Below, piece after piece: positions 1 to 12,198 of a stretch of 64,000 nucleotides of DNA. This stretch comes from Hyaloraphidium curvatum SAG 235-1 (Eukaryota > Fungi > Monoblepharomycota). Where the stretch lies: assembly GCA_025558095.1 (NCBI GenBank), contig JAIVFI010000005.1, forward strand, positions 124,001-188,000, given 5' to 3'. The position numbers and the translations under genes are program-made. The notes under the pieces were generated by a model that was not told where the DNA came from, searched no databases, and saw only the letters and a list, made by a program, of their open reading frames with translations. Position 1 is the stretch's first letter. Each line of letters opens with the position of its first letter.

Positions 1-1
1 G

Positions 2-703
2 GAGATCAACATCGTACCCCTCCCCAACGGCACCAAAGTCCCGGACTACGGCTTCCCCGGCTGCTTCAGCGAGTTCATCCTGCCCGCGCCCTACACCGGC
101 TTCCGGGGGCAGCAGTGGTCCATCTCGGGCCCCGAATCCACCGCCTCGGCGGCCGCCGACGCCGCGTGCCGCGACCCCTCCCGCAACGTGCCCCCGATCT
201 ATTTGCTCCCCCCGCACGTCGCCCCGCTCGACGTGGCCATCGCCGACTCCGCAGCGGGCAAGTTCCAGCCCGGGGACGTGCTCGTCTCGGCGCGCGGGAG
301 CTGGAACCGCCCGCAGCCGCAGGGCTACGCTCTTTATTTGATCCGCGGATTGGCCGCCACCCCCATGGCGCAGAGGGCGCGATACGAGCTGCTCTTCGGC
401 GAGGCCAACGTCGCGGGGTGCACCAGTTCGGCAAACAGGAACCGGTGCCTGCGCCCCGTGGGCGTGGTGCTTGACAAGGAAGGGGGGGTGTGGGTCAGCA
501 TGGATTCGGTGGGGCAGGTGGTCCGCCTGGTGCCCGACGCGGGGGCGGCGGGGATCCAGGCGGTGCAGAGCGGGGAGGGGTGGATCCAGAATTCGTCTTC
601 CGTCGTAACCACGACGAGGCCGAGCGGGGCGGGGAGGGGCGGGGTGTGTCTGATCGCGGCGGTCGGCGCGATCGCCGGCGCGCTGGCGGCCGCCCTGCTA
701 TGA
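2..703 (+). CDS. 3' part of a soluble glucose/sorbosone dehydrogenase-like (PQQ-type beta-propeller, AA12-like) protein with a GPI-like C-terminus; 5' end lies outside the window
   Basis: Frame 2 is open from base 2: DYGFPGCF...PPHVAPLD...RGSWNRPQPQGY...RPVGVVLDKEGGVWVSMD, then a Ser/Thr spacer and a hydrophobic tail. Confidence 0.7.
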   Translation, partial: EINIVPLPNGTKVPDYGFPGCFSEFILPAPYTGFRGQQWSISGPESTASAAADAACRDPSRNVPPIYLLPPHVAPLDVAIADSAAGKFQPGDVLVSARGSWNRPQPQGYALYLIRGLAATPMAQRARYELLFGEANVAGCTSSANRNRCLRPVGVVLDKEGGVWVSMDSVGQVVRLVPDAGAAGIQAVQSGEGWIQNSSSVVTTTRPSGAGRGGVCLIAAVGAIAGALAAALL

Positions 704-930
704 GACCAACGGGGGGATCTGGATATCGTTGGATGCGAACTATCTGCACTGTTTATGAACTATAGAGCCGATCATCGTTTGCCACAGCACGTTGGCCCGT
801 ACGGCGTGCCGGGACGCCGGGTAAACAGACGAACCAAAGCTCCGCTGCTGCCCCCCAACAGCATCCTGCAAGCCCGGGAGCGGGCGCACGAATCCTGCCC
901 GTCCACTCCGCGTGCTGCTCGAGGGCCACG

Positions 931-2085
931 ATGCAGGCCGTCAGGCTCCACGGTCCCCGCGACGTCCGCCTGGACACGGACGTGCCCGACCCCGGGCCGC
1001 CGGGGCCGGGGCAGGTGCTCGTCGCCCCGCGGCGGGTCGGGATCTGCGGCAGCGACATACACATCTGGAAATCGGACGTGGGTCCTTCCCCCGTCGCTTT
1101 CCGGGCACGGGTCTGATCCCGCGGCGTTCCGCAGTACGGCGAGATCCCCGCCTCCGCGATGCCCTTCCGGATGGGTCACGAAGCCTCGGGGGTCGTGCAG
1201 GCCGTCGGCGAGGGCGTGGAGGGGTTCGCCGTGGGGGACAGGGTGGCGGTGGAGCCCATGAGCATGGACCTCCTCGCCGAGCGCTTCCTGATCCCGGCAA
1301 CCCGGCTCCACAAGATGGCTGACAGCGTGAGCTTCGAGGAGGGCGCCATGTGCGAGCCCCTGGCGGTGTCGTACAGGGCGGTCAACCTCGCGGGGGTGAA
1401 GGAGGGCGACAACGTGCTGGTCATCGGCGCCGGACCGATCGGGCTGTTGGCCTTGGTGGCTGCCAAGGCGCGGAAGCCGGCGCGGGTGGTGGTCGCGGAC
1501 GTGAAGCAGGGGCGGTTGGAGACGGCGGAAAAGTTCGGCGCGGACGGGCTGGCGGACACGGCGGGGCTGGAACCCGCCGAGGCGGCCGGGAAATGCGCCG
1601 CGGCGTTCGACGGGAAGCCGATCGACGTGGTGATCGATGCGGCAGGGCACGCGTCGACGGTGGATGCGGCGTGCATCGCGGTCAAGCCGAGGGGGGTGGT
1701 GGTGCTGGTCGGCATCGCGACGATCAAGGGGGAGTTCAACTACAGTGGGTGCCCCGCCGCCGGACCGCGCTTGGAAGCCGGCTGAACCCGGTTCGGCTCG
1801 CAGTGAGGCTGGTCCAGAAGGAGGTCGACCTCCGCGGCTCCTTCGCCTACCGCGATAGGGACTACGCAGACTCGCTTGCGCTCATGGCCGAGGGCAAGGT
1901 GGACATCAAGGCGCTGGCCTCCCACGTGGTGGACATGGCGGATGCCCAGAAGGCGTACGGGTGGTGCGAAAAGGGCGAGGACGACGAGGGCAAGGCCGTG
2001 CTCAAAGGTGGGTGGTCCGGCGGGGGTATACCTTGTTGACGGGGCTAACATGGGCATTGCAGTCGTCTTCAGGGTGTCGGACTAG
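931..2085 (+). CDS. Zinc-dependent medium-chain (sorbitol/xylitol-type) dehydrogenase; introns 1078-1134, 1745-1803, 2008-2062
   Basis: [30 protein letters not shown] Rossmann motif and GSFAY; GT-AG introns restore the frame. Confidence 0.9.
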
Positions 2086-2734
2086 AGTCGAGTCATAGAG
2101 TTGGCAAAATTGCGCATTCTATCTCGGAGTATTGCATAGAGGGGAGAAGCTGATGCTGCGTGCCGGTTGACGCGCGGATGGAAGACTCTGGAATGCGATG
2201 GGGAGCCCTTGTTCGCAGCTTTATCCGGGGTGCCCGGAGCCTGCCGGCGTCCTCCAACCGCGCCGATAGCTGTTTGGGCACAAGCAATTTACTCGTGTTG
2301 GGTGGATTGTTGTTTTGGAGCGGCCAGCGAATGCCTCCCGCGGTTGGTGGATGCTTGGCCGACCTTTGGCTTGCGCGGCGTGCTGTGGTGAGGGTTGAGA
2401 CGCCCACCCGCGCCTTCGCCGCCCTCTCCACCGCCCGCCGGTGCCGCCGCCGTCCTCCTCCGCCGCGAGCGCGATCCGCGGGCAGTGCGGAGCAGGCGGC
2501 CGGGAGCGCAGCGCCGCGCGGGGCCGGGGAGGTGGGCCGCGTGCGCGCAGCCGCTTGCGTCAGCTGACTCCGTCCCGCAGATCCGCGGACCTCGGATCCC
2601 GTAGCAGCAGTCCCTGCTTAAATCCGCAGTTCGGCACATCGGACGCTTTAGGCCGCCTGTTCAGGTTCGGCTTCCAGCTCAACCCCCAAGTCACTCCCAA
2701 GTCAAGTAGACACCCTTAACCGCCTAGTCAAGCA

Positions 2735-5240
2735 ATGTCGGCCGACATGCTGGCGTCGGTCGCGTCGACCGCATCGGCCATGGCCGCGACGGCCGCACTC
2801 CGCCGTGCCGCGGTGCCGCCGCCGCTCGACGCGCCGCTGCCGCTGGCCGCCAACTTCCTGCTCGACTGCGAGGCGCCCGGCCACTGGGGATACCTGCACC
2901 TGCTGGCCGCCGCCGAGAAGGGCGACGAGGCAAAGGCCATCTGGCTGCTCGAGACGCTCAAGGTCGCCCCCGACGCGCGCCCCGACGCCCACGCCCCCGT
3001 CGCCCCCGGAGACCGCCGATCGGTGCTCGTCGCCGCCGGCCGCCTGCGCTGGGCCGTCGAGGAGGGCGCCACGCCGCTGATGGTCGCGAGCCGCCCGCCG
3101 CGCACGCTGCCCGGCGTCATCCGGGCGCTGCTCGCAAACGGCGCGGACCCCGGCCTGCGCGACTTCCACTCGTGGACCGCGCTGCTGCGCGCCGCGTGGA
3201 ACGGCCGCGAGGACGCCGTGCGCACGCTGCTGCAGGGCGTCGAGAGCAGGGGCAGGCGCGTCGCCAGCGACCCCGACGAGAAGGACAGGGGCGGGTGGAC
3301 CGCCGTCATGCGCGCCGCGTGGTACGTTTGTGTGCATGCACTGTTCGTGGCAGCGCTGACGTTTCCGCCCCTCCCATACACCCTTGATGCAATTTGCATG
3401 CATCCCCGTTCCGCAGGAACGCGCACCTTCCCGCCCTCCGCGCCCTCCTCCCGCACAACCCGCCCCTCGACGCGCGCGACCGTTACGGCCAGACCGCCCT
3501 CATCCTCGCCGCCTCGCTCGGCCACGCCGACATCGTCCGCGCTCTCCTGGAAGCCGGCGCCGACCCCGCACACCGCGACGACAAGGGCCAGGACGCGGCG
3601 GCCGCCGCCCGCGCGAGGGGGCACGACGCCGCGGCGAAGGTGCTGGAAGAGTGGGCCGCCCGTCCCGCCGCGACGGGGAGGAGGGTGACGAGCATCTACG
3701 CCGAGGAGCTGCCCGAGGACCACCTGATCCGCAAGCCCCCGGCCCCGGCCGCCGGGGTCCCCGGCGCCTTCGTCGACCCCGAGCCCCCCGCGGCGCAGGT
3801 CGAGTCGACCCCCACGCCCACGCCGACGCCGACCGCCACCACTTCCGACCCCGAGCTCCCGTCGGACCTCGCCGCCCTGCACCCCGCGGGCGACTCGATC
3901 CCCCCCTCGTGCCACGCGCAGCTCCCGCCGCTGCTGTCGGAGCTCCTCCGCCCCCGCCCCGCGCTCGACGCCGTGCTCTCGCGGTTCGCTTCGTTCGAGC
4001 GCGCGGGAGGGGAGGTGCGCGAGGGCGTGGTGCGGCGGATGGAGGGGGTCAGGTACCTCAAGGAGGAGATCGCGGCGTTTGCTTCCTTTGCGGCCGGCAG
4101 GGCGGCGCTCGCGGAGAAGTTCGCCTCCCTGCAGCATGCCGCCGAGGCCGATGCCGCGGCGCGCGCCGGGGAGGTGCAGGCGCTCGAAGAGGCCCGCGGG
4201 AAGCTGGAGAAGGAAGCGGAGCAGGCGCGCGGGGAGCTCGAGGGGCTGAGGGCCAGGCTGGTGGAGCTGGAGGGGTCCCTCGGCCTGCCCGGTTCCGCGG
4301 CGGAGGGCGTGCATGCTGCCCGCGGGGAGGCCGAGCGCGCCTTCGCCTCCCGCGCGGCCGAGATGGATGCCGAGGCTGCCGTGAAGAAGCGCGAGCTCGC
4401 GGGTGCCGAGCGCACCGCGGCGCTCGCGGGGGCGCTGATGACCCGCGCGGCGGAGGAGGCGGCGGCGCTGGGGGACGACGGCGCGGCGCTGGGGAGGGAG
4501 CTGGCGGCCGCGGAGCAGAGGCACGCGGGGTACCTGAGGGAGCTGGTGGCGCGGAGCCTGAGGGTGCTGCATGCCATCAGGAGGGGGCTGGAGCAGGCCG
4601 GTGACGACGCGGCGATGGCGCTCGAGGTCCGTCATTTCCGATGCGCGCGGCCGGGTGAGGTTGCTGACGTCCTTTTGCGCAGATGGGCCTGCAGGCGCGG
4701 CACGACCGGATCAAGCTCGAGAACCGCCGGCTCGAGGAGGAGCTCGAGGAGGCGCGGAGGCTCAAGGCGTGGTACGAGCGCTGCCTGGCCGAGCTGGACC
4801 GCACCGCGGTTCCCGAGCCCGACCCCGAGCCCGAGGTTCCCTCGGGAGGCGAGGTGCGGGTGGAGGTCGCCGAGACCCCGGCGACGGTTCCCGAGGCCGG
4901 GGCCGAGGGCAGTGAGGCGCGCCTCCCGGATGCCGTGTCGCTCCGCACGGAGGAGGACCGCCCCGCGGTGCTTGCGGCCCCGGAGCAGGAGCCGGCGCCG
5001 CTGGAGCCGGTGCAGATGGTCGACGTCGAGCTGTCCTCGCCGCCCTCGCTCGCGGGCAACGACTCGCTGGCCGCCGGCAACGAGCCCGCGGCGGGGTCCG
5101 AGGCGGACACCGACTGGTCGTACGCCAAGGTCGAGCGGGCGGAGCTGGAGGAGGAGATCGTCGTAAGGGAGGCGGAGGAGGGCGGACAGGTGGAGGAGGA
5201 GGGCAAGGGCCTGGTTGTCGAGGGGGAGGCGGACGCGTGA
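2735..5240 (+). CDS. Ankyrin-repeat protein with a coiled coil and acidic C-terminus; introns 3322-3416 and 4627-4682
   Basis: GATPLMVA, WTALLRAAWNG, GWTAVMRAAW, GQTALILAASLGH..VRALLEAGAD; Glu/Ala/Arg heptad region. Confidence 0.8.
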
Positions 5241-6427
5241 TGCCTTCCCGAGGGGCGACATGACATGATGGATGACATGCATTGATAGCGAGGAACATGG
5301 TGGAGGGACTGTACCATCAGGGGGAATCATATGCCTTTGACGTTTGCGGTGAATTATGGACCGCCAGATCAGCGCAAAGCCCTCACGCGTCCAACGCTCC
5401 CGTGCCCCGAAGTAATGCGCTTCTGCGCGTTGCCCAGCTGGACAACGGAAGTACGAAAAAGCTTCCATTTTCGGGGTCCTGCGAGCGGAGTCGGCAATTG
5501 GCTCCCGGTGCCAGCCGCGCTGCGGACGGGGGAGTTGCGGCGCGGGTCAGAGCCCTCGCCGCGTCCACCTCCGACTGCAGCGCGATTCTCTCTGACACCC
5601 CGGGTTTGGCTCCTGCCCGCCTCGTCGTGCGGCAAGCCGGGAAGGGGTGACTCAGCACGGGCGAGTCCGACGGGGAGGCCGCGGACGCCATCCCGCTGAC
5701 CTTGTCTGCGATAAATCCCGGACGACTACGGCTCTTTCGAGGGTTTTCGTGCCCGTTGGACCGCGATGGAGGGGACGGCCAGCGCCCCGTTGGGTCTCCA
5801 GAACCACCGACGAAGGCTGGCGGCATCGGCCGGGAACCGCGGCCCGCAAGGCAATGAAACTATTGAAGTGCATTGGATCAGATGAGGCGACTTCCATGGA
5901 TGCTTCTATGGCCGATTTTATGGGACGCCGCTCTCGATGAGTGGTAGTTCTAGCGATGCGGCCATCTCGGCCGGCCAACCGCACACCGCTCTGTCGCGGA
6001 CGCTCGACCTTTCCGGGCGCGGAAATACTGGACGGACTTCTCGAAGCACCCTGCGCCGCATTCGGGCCGAACGGGCCTCGGGCGGCGGCCCGAAATGCCG
6101 TTCCGCACGGGGGCTGTACTGAAGGGTTGCCGTTCCCTAAGCCACCGCGCAAGATCGCCGGCCGCCGCTCCAGGCATCGTTCCCGGCGGCCGGATCGGAT
6201 CCAATGCTTCAGATACTGCCCGATCCCATTCTCCCTGATTCTGGATCACTTTCATCGAGGAAGGGGGAGTGGATCCTAGGGCCGATCCGGGCAGGGCCGC
6301 AGCTACCAGCCCCGGAGGGCTTGGCTTAGAGCGGAGCACGCCAACTGCCGCAAACACCGCCGCACGTCGATCCGTCGGTGCCGCTCATGCCGCCGCAAAG
6401 CCGAGGACCGCTCGTCTCTTCCCTAAA

Positions 6428-8297
6428 ATGACTTCTGCCGGCCGGCGCACACGGGGCGCCGCGATGCCGCGGACGCTGCGTGTGCTTTGCGCCCTGCTGC
6501 TGGCGTTGCTGGCGCCGTTGGCGGGCCTCCTGCCGGCCGTCGCGGCGCCGCTGCCGGACGCGGTCGGCCTTGCCGGGATCGCCCCCGCGGGATCGGCCGC
6601 CGGCGGGTCCCGCCCGCTGTTTGCCGCGCCGCCGTTTGCCCTCGACTCCGCCGCTGCGGCACGCGGCAACCCGTACGCCTCGCGCGAGCTGTACGCCACC
6701 GTCAACGCCGCCCTGCTGCTGGACGGCGCCGCCGACGAGATCGTGCTGAACCTGTTCAACGACGTCGCCCTGGTCGCCGTGCGCGAGCGGGTCGAGCTGC
6801 TCGGCGACGCCCGCTACACGTGGTTTGGCTCCGTGCGCGGCGACCCCCTCGGCTCCGTGGTGCTGTCGGTCGAGAACGGCAACGTCGCCGGGTCGGTGAC
6901 CGCCAACAGGCGGCAGTTCCAGGTGGTCCCGCTGGGCTGGGCCGGCTTCCACTCGGTCGCCGAGCTCGACACGGCCGCCTTCCCGGACGAACACCACGTC
7001 GAGCCGCCGCCCGAACTTCTGGTCGGCCAGCTTGCCGAGGATCCTGCCGAGCCTCCGCCTCCCAGCCTTGCTGCCCGCCGCCGGCGCTCGGATGGCTCAG
7101 GCGGCGGGGACGACGACGTGACCACCATCGACGTGCTCATCCTCTGGACCCCCGCCGCCCGCGACGAAGCCGGCGGCGAGGACGCCATCCGCCTCCTGGC
7201 CCAGCTGGCCGTGGAGCAGGCCAACGGCGCCTACGCCAACTCGGACGTGGCCCTGCGGCTGCGCCTCGTGCACGCCGAGGCCATCGACTACGTCGAGTCC
7301 AGCGATATGTCGAGGGACCTGTCGCGGCTGGCAACCGTGAACGACGGGTTCGCGGACGGGGTGCACGCGCTGCGGGACTTGCACGGGGCCGACGTCGTGA
7401 GCATGTTCACGACGGGCGGGCAGTACTGCGGCATAGCCTACATGATGCGCAACCCGTCGTCGCGGTTTGCCTCGCTGGCGTTCTCCGTCGTCGACTTTTG
7501 GTGCGCGACGGGGGTCATGTCGTTCGCCCACGAGGTCGGGCACAACCTGGGTGGGTTGCGGACGTATGCGCACGCATGTGAGCTCGCAGGCTGACGATGC
7601 ATCCGATGCCACAGGCGCCAACCACGACAAGGCCAACTCGGGCGGCACGCTCGGCTCCTTCAACTTCTCCTTCGGGTACCGCGACCCCAACCGGGCGTTC
7701 CGCACCGTCATGGCCTACAACTGCCCCAACGGCGGCTGCCCGCGCGTGGCGTACTTTTCCAACCCCAACATCGCCCTCAACGGCCTCCCCACGGGGATCG
7801 CGAACGACTCGGACAACGCCGAGACCTTCAGACGCACTGCCGACACCGTCGCCGCCTTCCGCGCCGAGGCCGAGGGCGGCGAGGAGGGCGGGCCGTCGAC
7901 CACCACCACCCTGACGCGAACCCTCACCACTTCTACGACCAGCGCCACGCGCACAACCACCAGCGCCACCCGCACGACCTCCTCGACGACGCAGACGACG
8001 TCGACCACCTCGCGCACGACGACTTCCACCCTCTCGGCGCCCGACACCCCCGACCCCCCCGCGCTCCCGCCGAGCACCTCCCGCGTCGTCCGCACCACCC
8101 GCGGCCGGACCACCCGCGGCCGGACCACCCGCCGGGGCACCACCACCCGCCGGCGGAGCACCTCGCGGCGGAAAACGACGTCGCGGCGCAAGACCACCAA
8201 GCGCATCCGCCGGACGACGCCCGCCGTGCGCGCGGACTCGAGGAAGGCGACGACGTCGCGGAAGCGGGCGATCAGGACGCTCATTGGGCGGCTGTGA
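6428..8297 (+). CDS. Secreted M12 reprolysin-like zinc metallopeptidase (bacterial-type) with a Thr/Arg-rich tail; intron 7551-7614; alternative start 6464
   Basis: Signal peptide; spliced HEVGHNLGANH zinc motif; Met-turn RTVMAY; YFSNP; LRDLHGADVV. Confidence 0.85.
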
Positions 8298-8587
8298 GAT
8301 CCTTATTCCCTCTTACACATGCGAGGAAGGCGTTGTTGGCCGCCCCCTACTAGATCGCACTATAACTTATGCATGTATTGAAGCTCGAGCACGGTAGATG
8401 AGCGAAGCTGCAGGAAGCTCAAAGCATTGGTCATCTCCTTTCAATAGCAAAGGCGGAAGATTGGGTGCCGGGATTGGCAACCAGCTTCGATGCGGCCGCG
8501 GAGCCGCAGCAGCAGCCTCGCGGGCCCTGGAATCGCAGGACGGCCCACATCCCCCTCGCTCGGGCCGGCCTCCGCGCTTTCGAGCAG

Positions 8588-9724
8588 GTGCATCGGCACC
8601 GACTCCGAGAACAAGGCCCGCGAGCTCGAGATCCGGCTCCATGAGACTCAGCACGCCGCTGCTGCCGACGTCGACCGGGCCAAGGTCGAAGCGGCCGCCT
8701 TGCAGGCCGAGAACGCCAACCTCCGCAACATGATGGCCGCCACGGCCGCCAGCTTCAACAGCTTCTTCCAGGGCAACCCTGCCGCCCAGGTCGACGCACC
8801 CGTTCCCTTGCCGGTCACTCCGCCCGCGGAGCCCGTTGTCCAGGAGCGGCGCATTTCGCCTGCGCCCTCGGAGCCCCCGGCCATCGAGGAGCGCAGCTCC
8901 GAGCCCGCCGCCCGGGCCCAGCGCGACTCCCGATCGCCCTCGCTGCCGCCGCCGGCCAAGCTCGCCGAGCCGCGGTCCAAGCCCGAGCAGACTGCCAGGG
9001 AGAGCAGGTCCCCCTCGGCCGCCATCGTGTGGGATCTCACTGGCGACGACGACGACGCCCAGTCGTGAGTACCCGATCGCCCGCCATCCTCAGGGAAACT
9101 GATCCAGTCCTCAGCAATGGTGACCCCCAGAGCACCACCCAGACGCTCGCCAGGGGCCCGACCGAGATCATCGAAAGCGTCCTGAGGGAGGTGCACGCCA
9201 ACGACCCCGCAACCCTAAAGGTCAGGCTACGCCAGCTTAGGGCCAGGGGTGCTGTGCGCAACGCCATCTCGAACAAGTGGCGCCCCCTGCGGGGTGACGC
9301 CTCGCTCTCCGACGAGAGGAAGCAGGAGATCTACATCGCGAGGTTCAAGGCCACGTTCCCCGGCCTCTGGCTGAGGTACGATCCCGCCGCCGACACGCAG
9401 GAAACCGAGCGCGAGCGAGCCGCCCGCGAATCTCTCGAGGAGCGCGGCGTCATCCGCACCGCGGCTCCGTCGGCCGCGGCTGGCACCCCCGACACCTTTA
9501 GCGACCCTGCTGGAGCGGGTGCGGCCAAGCGGCGCAGGGCGGCCTCCTCGGAGAGGCACAACGAAGTCGCCAACAGCAGCGACGCGGAGGAGCCCGGGGT
9601 CGAGGAGTCGAGCGAGGATGAGGATAGCGACGGCGAGTTCCTGCCCGCCCGCGAGGATGGCGAGGAAGACGAGGGGGAGGAGCGCCGCAAGAGGGCCAGG
9701 AGGGAGCCGAGCAGGGAGTACTAA
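8588..9724 (+). CDS. Hypothetical protein (coiled coil, Pro/Ser-rich and acidic/basic regions); intron about 9065-9103; 5' end unclear, possibly truncated
   Basis: ORFs 8490-9068 and 9029-9724 can be joined by a GTGAGT...CAG intron; KRRR/RRKR NLS-like runs; no clear ATG exon. Confidence 0.45.
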
Positions 9725-9998
9725 GATCCGATTTGTATGTTTCGTGCTTTCGTGTCAATCAATGTCGTTGTCGTATCGCGAGGTCTAGGAGGCATTTGGG
9801 GCCGTTGCTCGGAGGTCCGTGACCGTGCCCATGGCGAGTGACATCGGCCCGTCACGGCACAAATGCCGAAACGCTTTCGCAGAGCGTGAACGTCGGGTCT
9901 AAAGGCCCTTTTGTCAGGCTCCATGTCGTGGGAACGTTAGCTTGCTGGACCATCCCAAGCACATTCCGTGACTTTCAACACACCGAAAGGGAAGCTTT

Positions 9999-10181
9999 GG
10001 TCTACGTAAATGCAGTCGGTCTTCGACCGTCATAGTGGTCTACGGCCATTGGCCTGGAACGGCGTGAGGAAGTGGGTCTAAGGCCGTCAAACCGGTCCAC
10101 GGGCCGACAAAGTGGTCTACGGTTGATTACGACGGTGCACTGCGTGGTACATTGGTCTACGGCCGCGCTGATGCGGTCCAT
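9999..10181. repeat. Degenerate tandem array of about 10 units of 19-21 bp with a GGTCTAC(GGCC) core
   Basis: Cores start at 9999, 10018, 10037, (10056), 10075, 10094, 10114, 10134, 10154, 10175. Confidence 0.75.
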
Positions 10182-10290
10182 GTCGCCGCAAAAGCAGAAA
10201 AGGGGTCGTGGATGTAAACCTAAGCGAGTGTCCGCGCTTTGTCCGGAGGCTTCTTGTCCGGGGGGCCACGTGGCGGTCCAGCGGCCGCGC

Positions 10291-10298
10291 TATAAAAG
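10291..10298 (+). promoter_or_regulatory. Canonical TATA box (TATAAAAG) in a GC-rich context, with a CCACGTGG palindrome at 10266-10273
   Basis: gcggccgcgcTATAAAAGagcgcg seen directly; function untested. Confidence 0.4.
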
Positions 10299-11121
10299 AG
10301 CGCGGGTGAACCTCAGAATCGCGCAGCACCATCACGCCCTCGGCACATCGTCTCCTCGCGAGCGATGCGGGCGAGGAAGAAGCGCAAGAAGGACCCTCTG
10401 TAGCGCGCTCTCGGTGAGGGCGCTGTCCCGGTGAGGGCGGCCGCGCGGCGCGAAGGAAGCTCCTCCCTGACGTCTTCCCGTTCTCCTCCCTGACGTCGCC
10501 CTGCTCTGCTCGTCACCGCTCTGACACTGGACGCGCAGCGCATTGCCGGTCGTGAGGCGGGAGCCGCTCCAAGATACGGCACCCTACCGCTCTTTCGAGG
10601 AGGGTCGGTGGCGCAGTCCGGCTCGCCGGCGTCGACGCTCACTCCGGTCTGGCTTTTGCGCGACAGGATCTTAATCATCTTTGCTTTCGGCTTCATCTGT
10701 AGGCCTCGTACCCCGCAACGCGCGCTCCGTCTGCACCGCCCCGCTATCTCGGTCTCGAACTCCTGCAATTGCTACACGCACCTCTCACACCCACCCCCCA
10801 ATCACAACCAAGGAAATGTGCGTTCGGATTGCGCACCTTCTTTTCGCTTCTGATGCTTTTTTGAAGGAGGACCGCGTCCTTCCACGGTCAACGCGTACCG
10901 ACCTACGCACAGGCCGATGGGAGGCGACCCGGCGGGTTTGCCGTCGGGGTCGATGATGGTAGTTTCGGAGGTTTTGTAAGGTGGCCGAAAGGCCTTGGAG
11001 CCCGTTTGCCGGGCTGTTCGTTCGCAGGTGTTCGGGGCGAGAGGGGGAGGGGTAGTCCACGCGTGTTTTGGTGGTACATTCCGCCGAACCGGCTCTGTCC
11101 TCCTCGCTCTCCTCCGCCACG

Positions 11122-12198
11122 ATGCCTGCGACCGAAGACGCGTCTCTCGACGTGGCCGACGCTTCCGACCCTGCAGAAACACCCTCGGCCGGCTCCGGGG
11201 ACAGCGGCCCCGCACTTCCGCCGGAAGTCCTGGTGCTGGTGTTCCGCGCGCTAAACGACCTGGGCTTAAAGGCCACTCTCCTGGAGTGTTCGGTCGCCTC
11301 GCGGGGCTTTTGGGAGCTGGCGTTCCCGGTACTCTATTCTCGGATCGACTCGAAAGACGTGAAGGACGCGTCTTTCCTCATCGCGGCGACGAAGCACGGC
11401 GCGCTGGTCCGGGAAATGGATCTCGACCGGAGTATCGAACCAGCCCGTGGGGTAGCATATTTGGCGCTATCCGCGGAGCTGCGAGTGCTTCGCATGGCCA
11501 TGAAGCTGGAAGGCGGGGACGCGTTGTTCGCGATCATTTCCACAATGTCGAAACTGGAAACGCTGGTCCTGAGTTCGGCCATGGATCCCCTGCTCGATGC
11601 GCGAATGACCCTGCCGCCGCGTCTGAGGCGCTTGAGGCTGGTCGGACCAGTTTTCCCTAGCGACGGCGCTGCGTTCGCGGAGCGGCTGGATGCCCTGGAG
11701 AACCTGGAATGTCTGGAAATCGACACTTGGGACACGCCAACAAGCTTCTTTGAGCATGTAGCGCGCCGGTCGCGCGTTGTTTCCGCTATCAGGGAGCTCA
11801 GCATCTTTTCTTGGGACCTGTCTGGCGCTCATGCCCTGTTTGAGAGCCCCTCATTCTCGCCCCATAAGCTTGGGATCAACTTTAACTTCCACCCGGACAA
11901 GGTGGAGCTCCCTTCTTCTCTCTCCTCCGTGCGCGGGATCAGGCTCAAAGAGCTCAAGGAGGGCGAGACGTCACTCCTCCCGGAGCTCCTTGGCGTGCTC
12001 CCGCGAGCCGAAAAGCTCTTGGTAACCCACTTTCGCCCGCTCCTGGACGATGACAAGGTCCCCGGTGTGGAAGTTTCCCTGATGCGAAACTACGGCACGG
12101 TCGCGCTGAGCCGCTTGCGCGTCAAGGGGGCGCGGTTGGACGGGGCGGAGCTGGCGATGTGGAGGAGGCTTGCGCCGGGCAGCGTCCCTGACGTTTAG
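11122..12198 (+). CDS. F-box-like / LRR (RNI-like) protein, intronless
   Basis: LPPEVLVLVFRAL...LLECSVASRGFWELAFPVLY F-box-like segment followed by LxxLxL repeats. Confidence 0.7.
   Translation: MPATEDASLDVADASDPAETPSAGSGDSGPALPPEVLVLVFRALNDLGLKATLLECSVASRGFWELAFPVLYSRIDSKDVKDASFLIAATKHGALVREMDLDRSIEPARGVAYLALSAELRVLRMAMKLEGGDALFAIISTMSKLETLVLSSAMDPLLDARMTLPPRLRRLRLVGPVFPSDGAAFAERLDALENLECLEIDTWDTPTSFFEHVARRSRVVSAIRELSIFSWDLSGAHALFESPSFSPHKLGINFNFHPDKVELPSSLSSVRGIRLKELKEGETSLLPELLGVLPRAEKLLVTHFRPLLDDDKVPGVEVSLMRNYGTVALSRLRVKGARLDGAELAMWRRLAPGSVPDV

Noticed and set aside
2728-4635. Long antisense or alternative-frame ORFs (also 20072-21862, 28564-30300, 32666-34342, 50903-53077)
   Set aside because: These are shadow ORFs caused by high GC and codon bias on or opposite real genes; the translations are Arg/Gly/Pro-rich with no motifs
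9999-10181. CRISPR array
   Set aside because: The core is only ~7-11 bp with ~10 bp spacers and is degenerate; there are no cas genes and the context is eukaryotic
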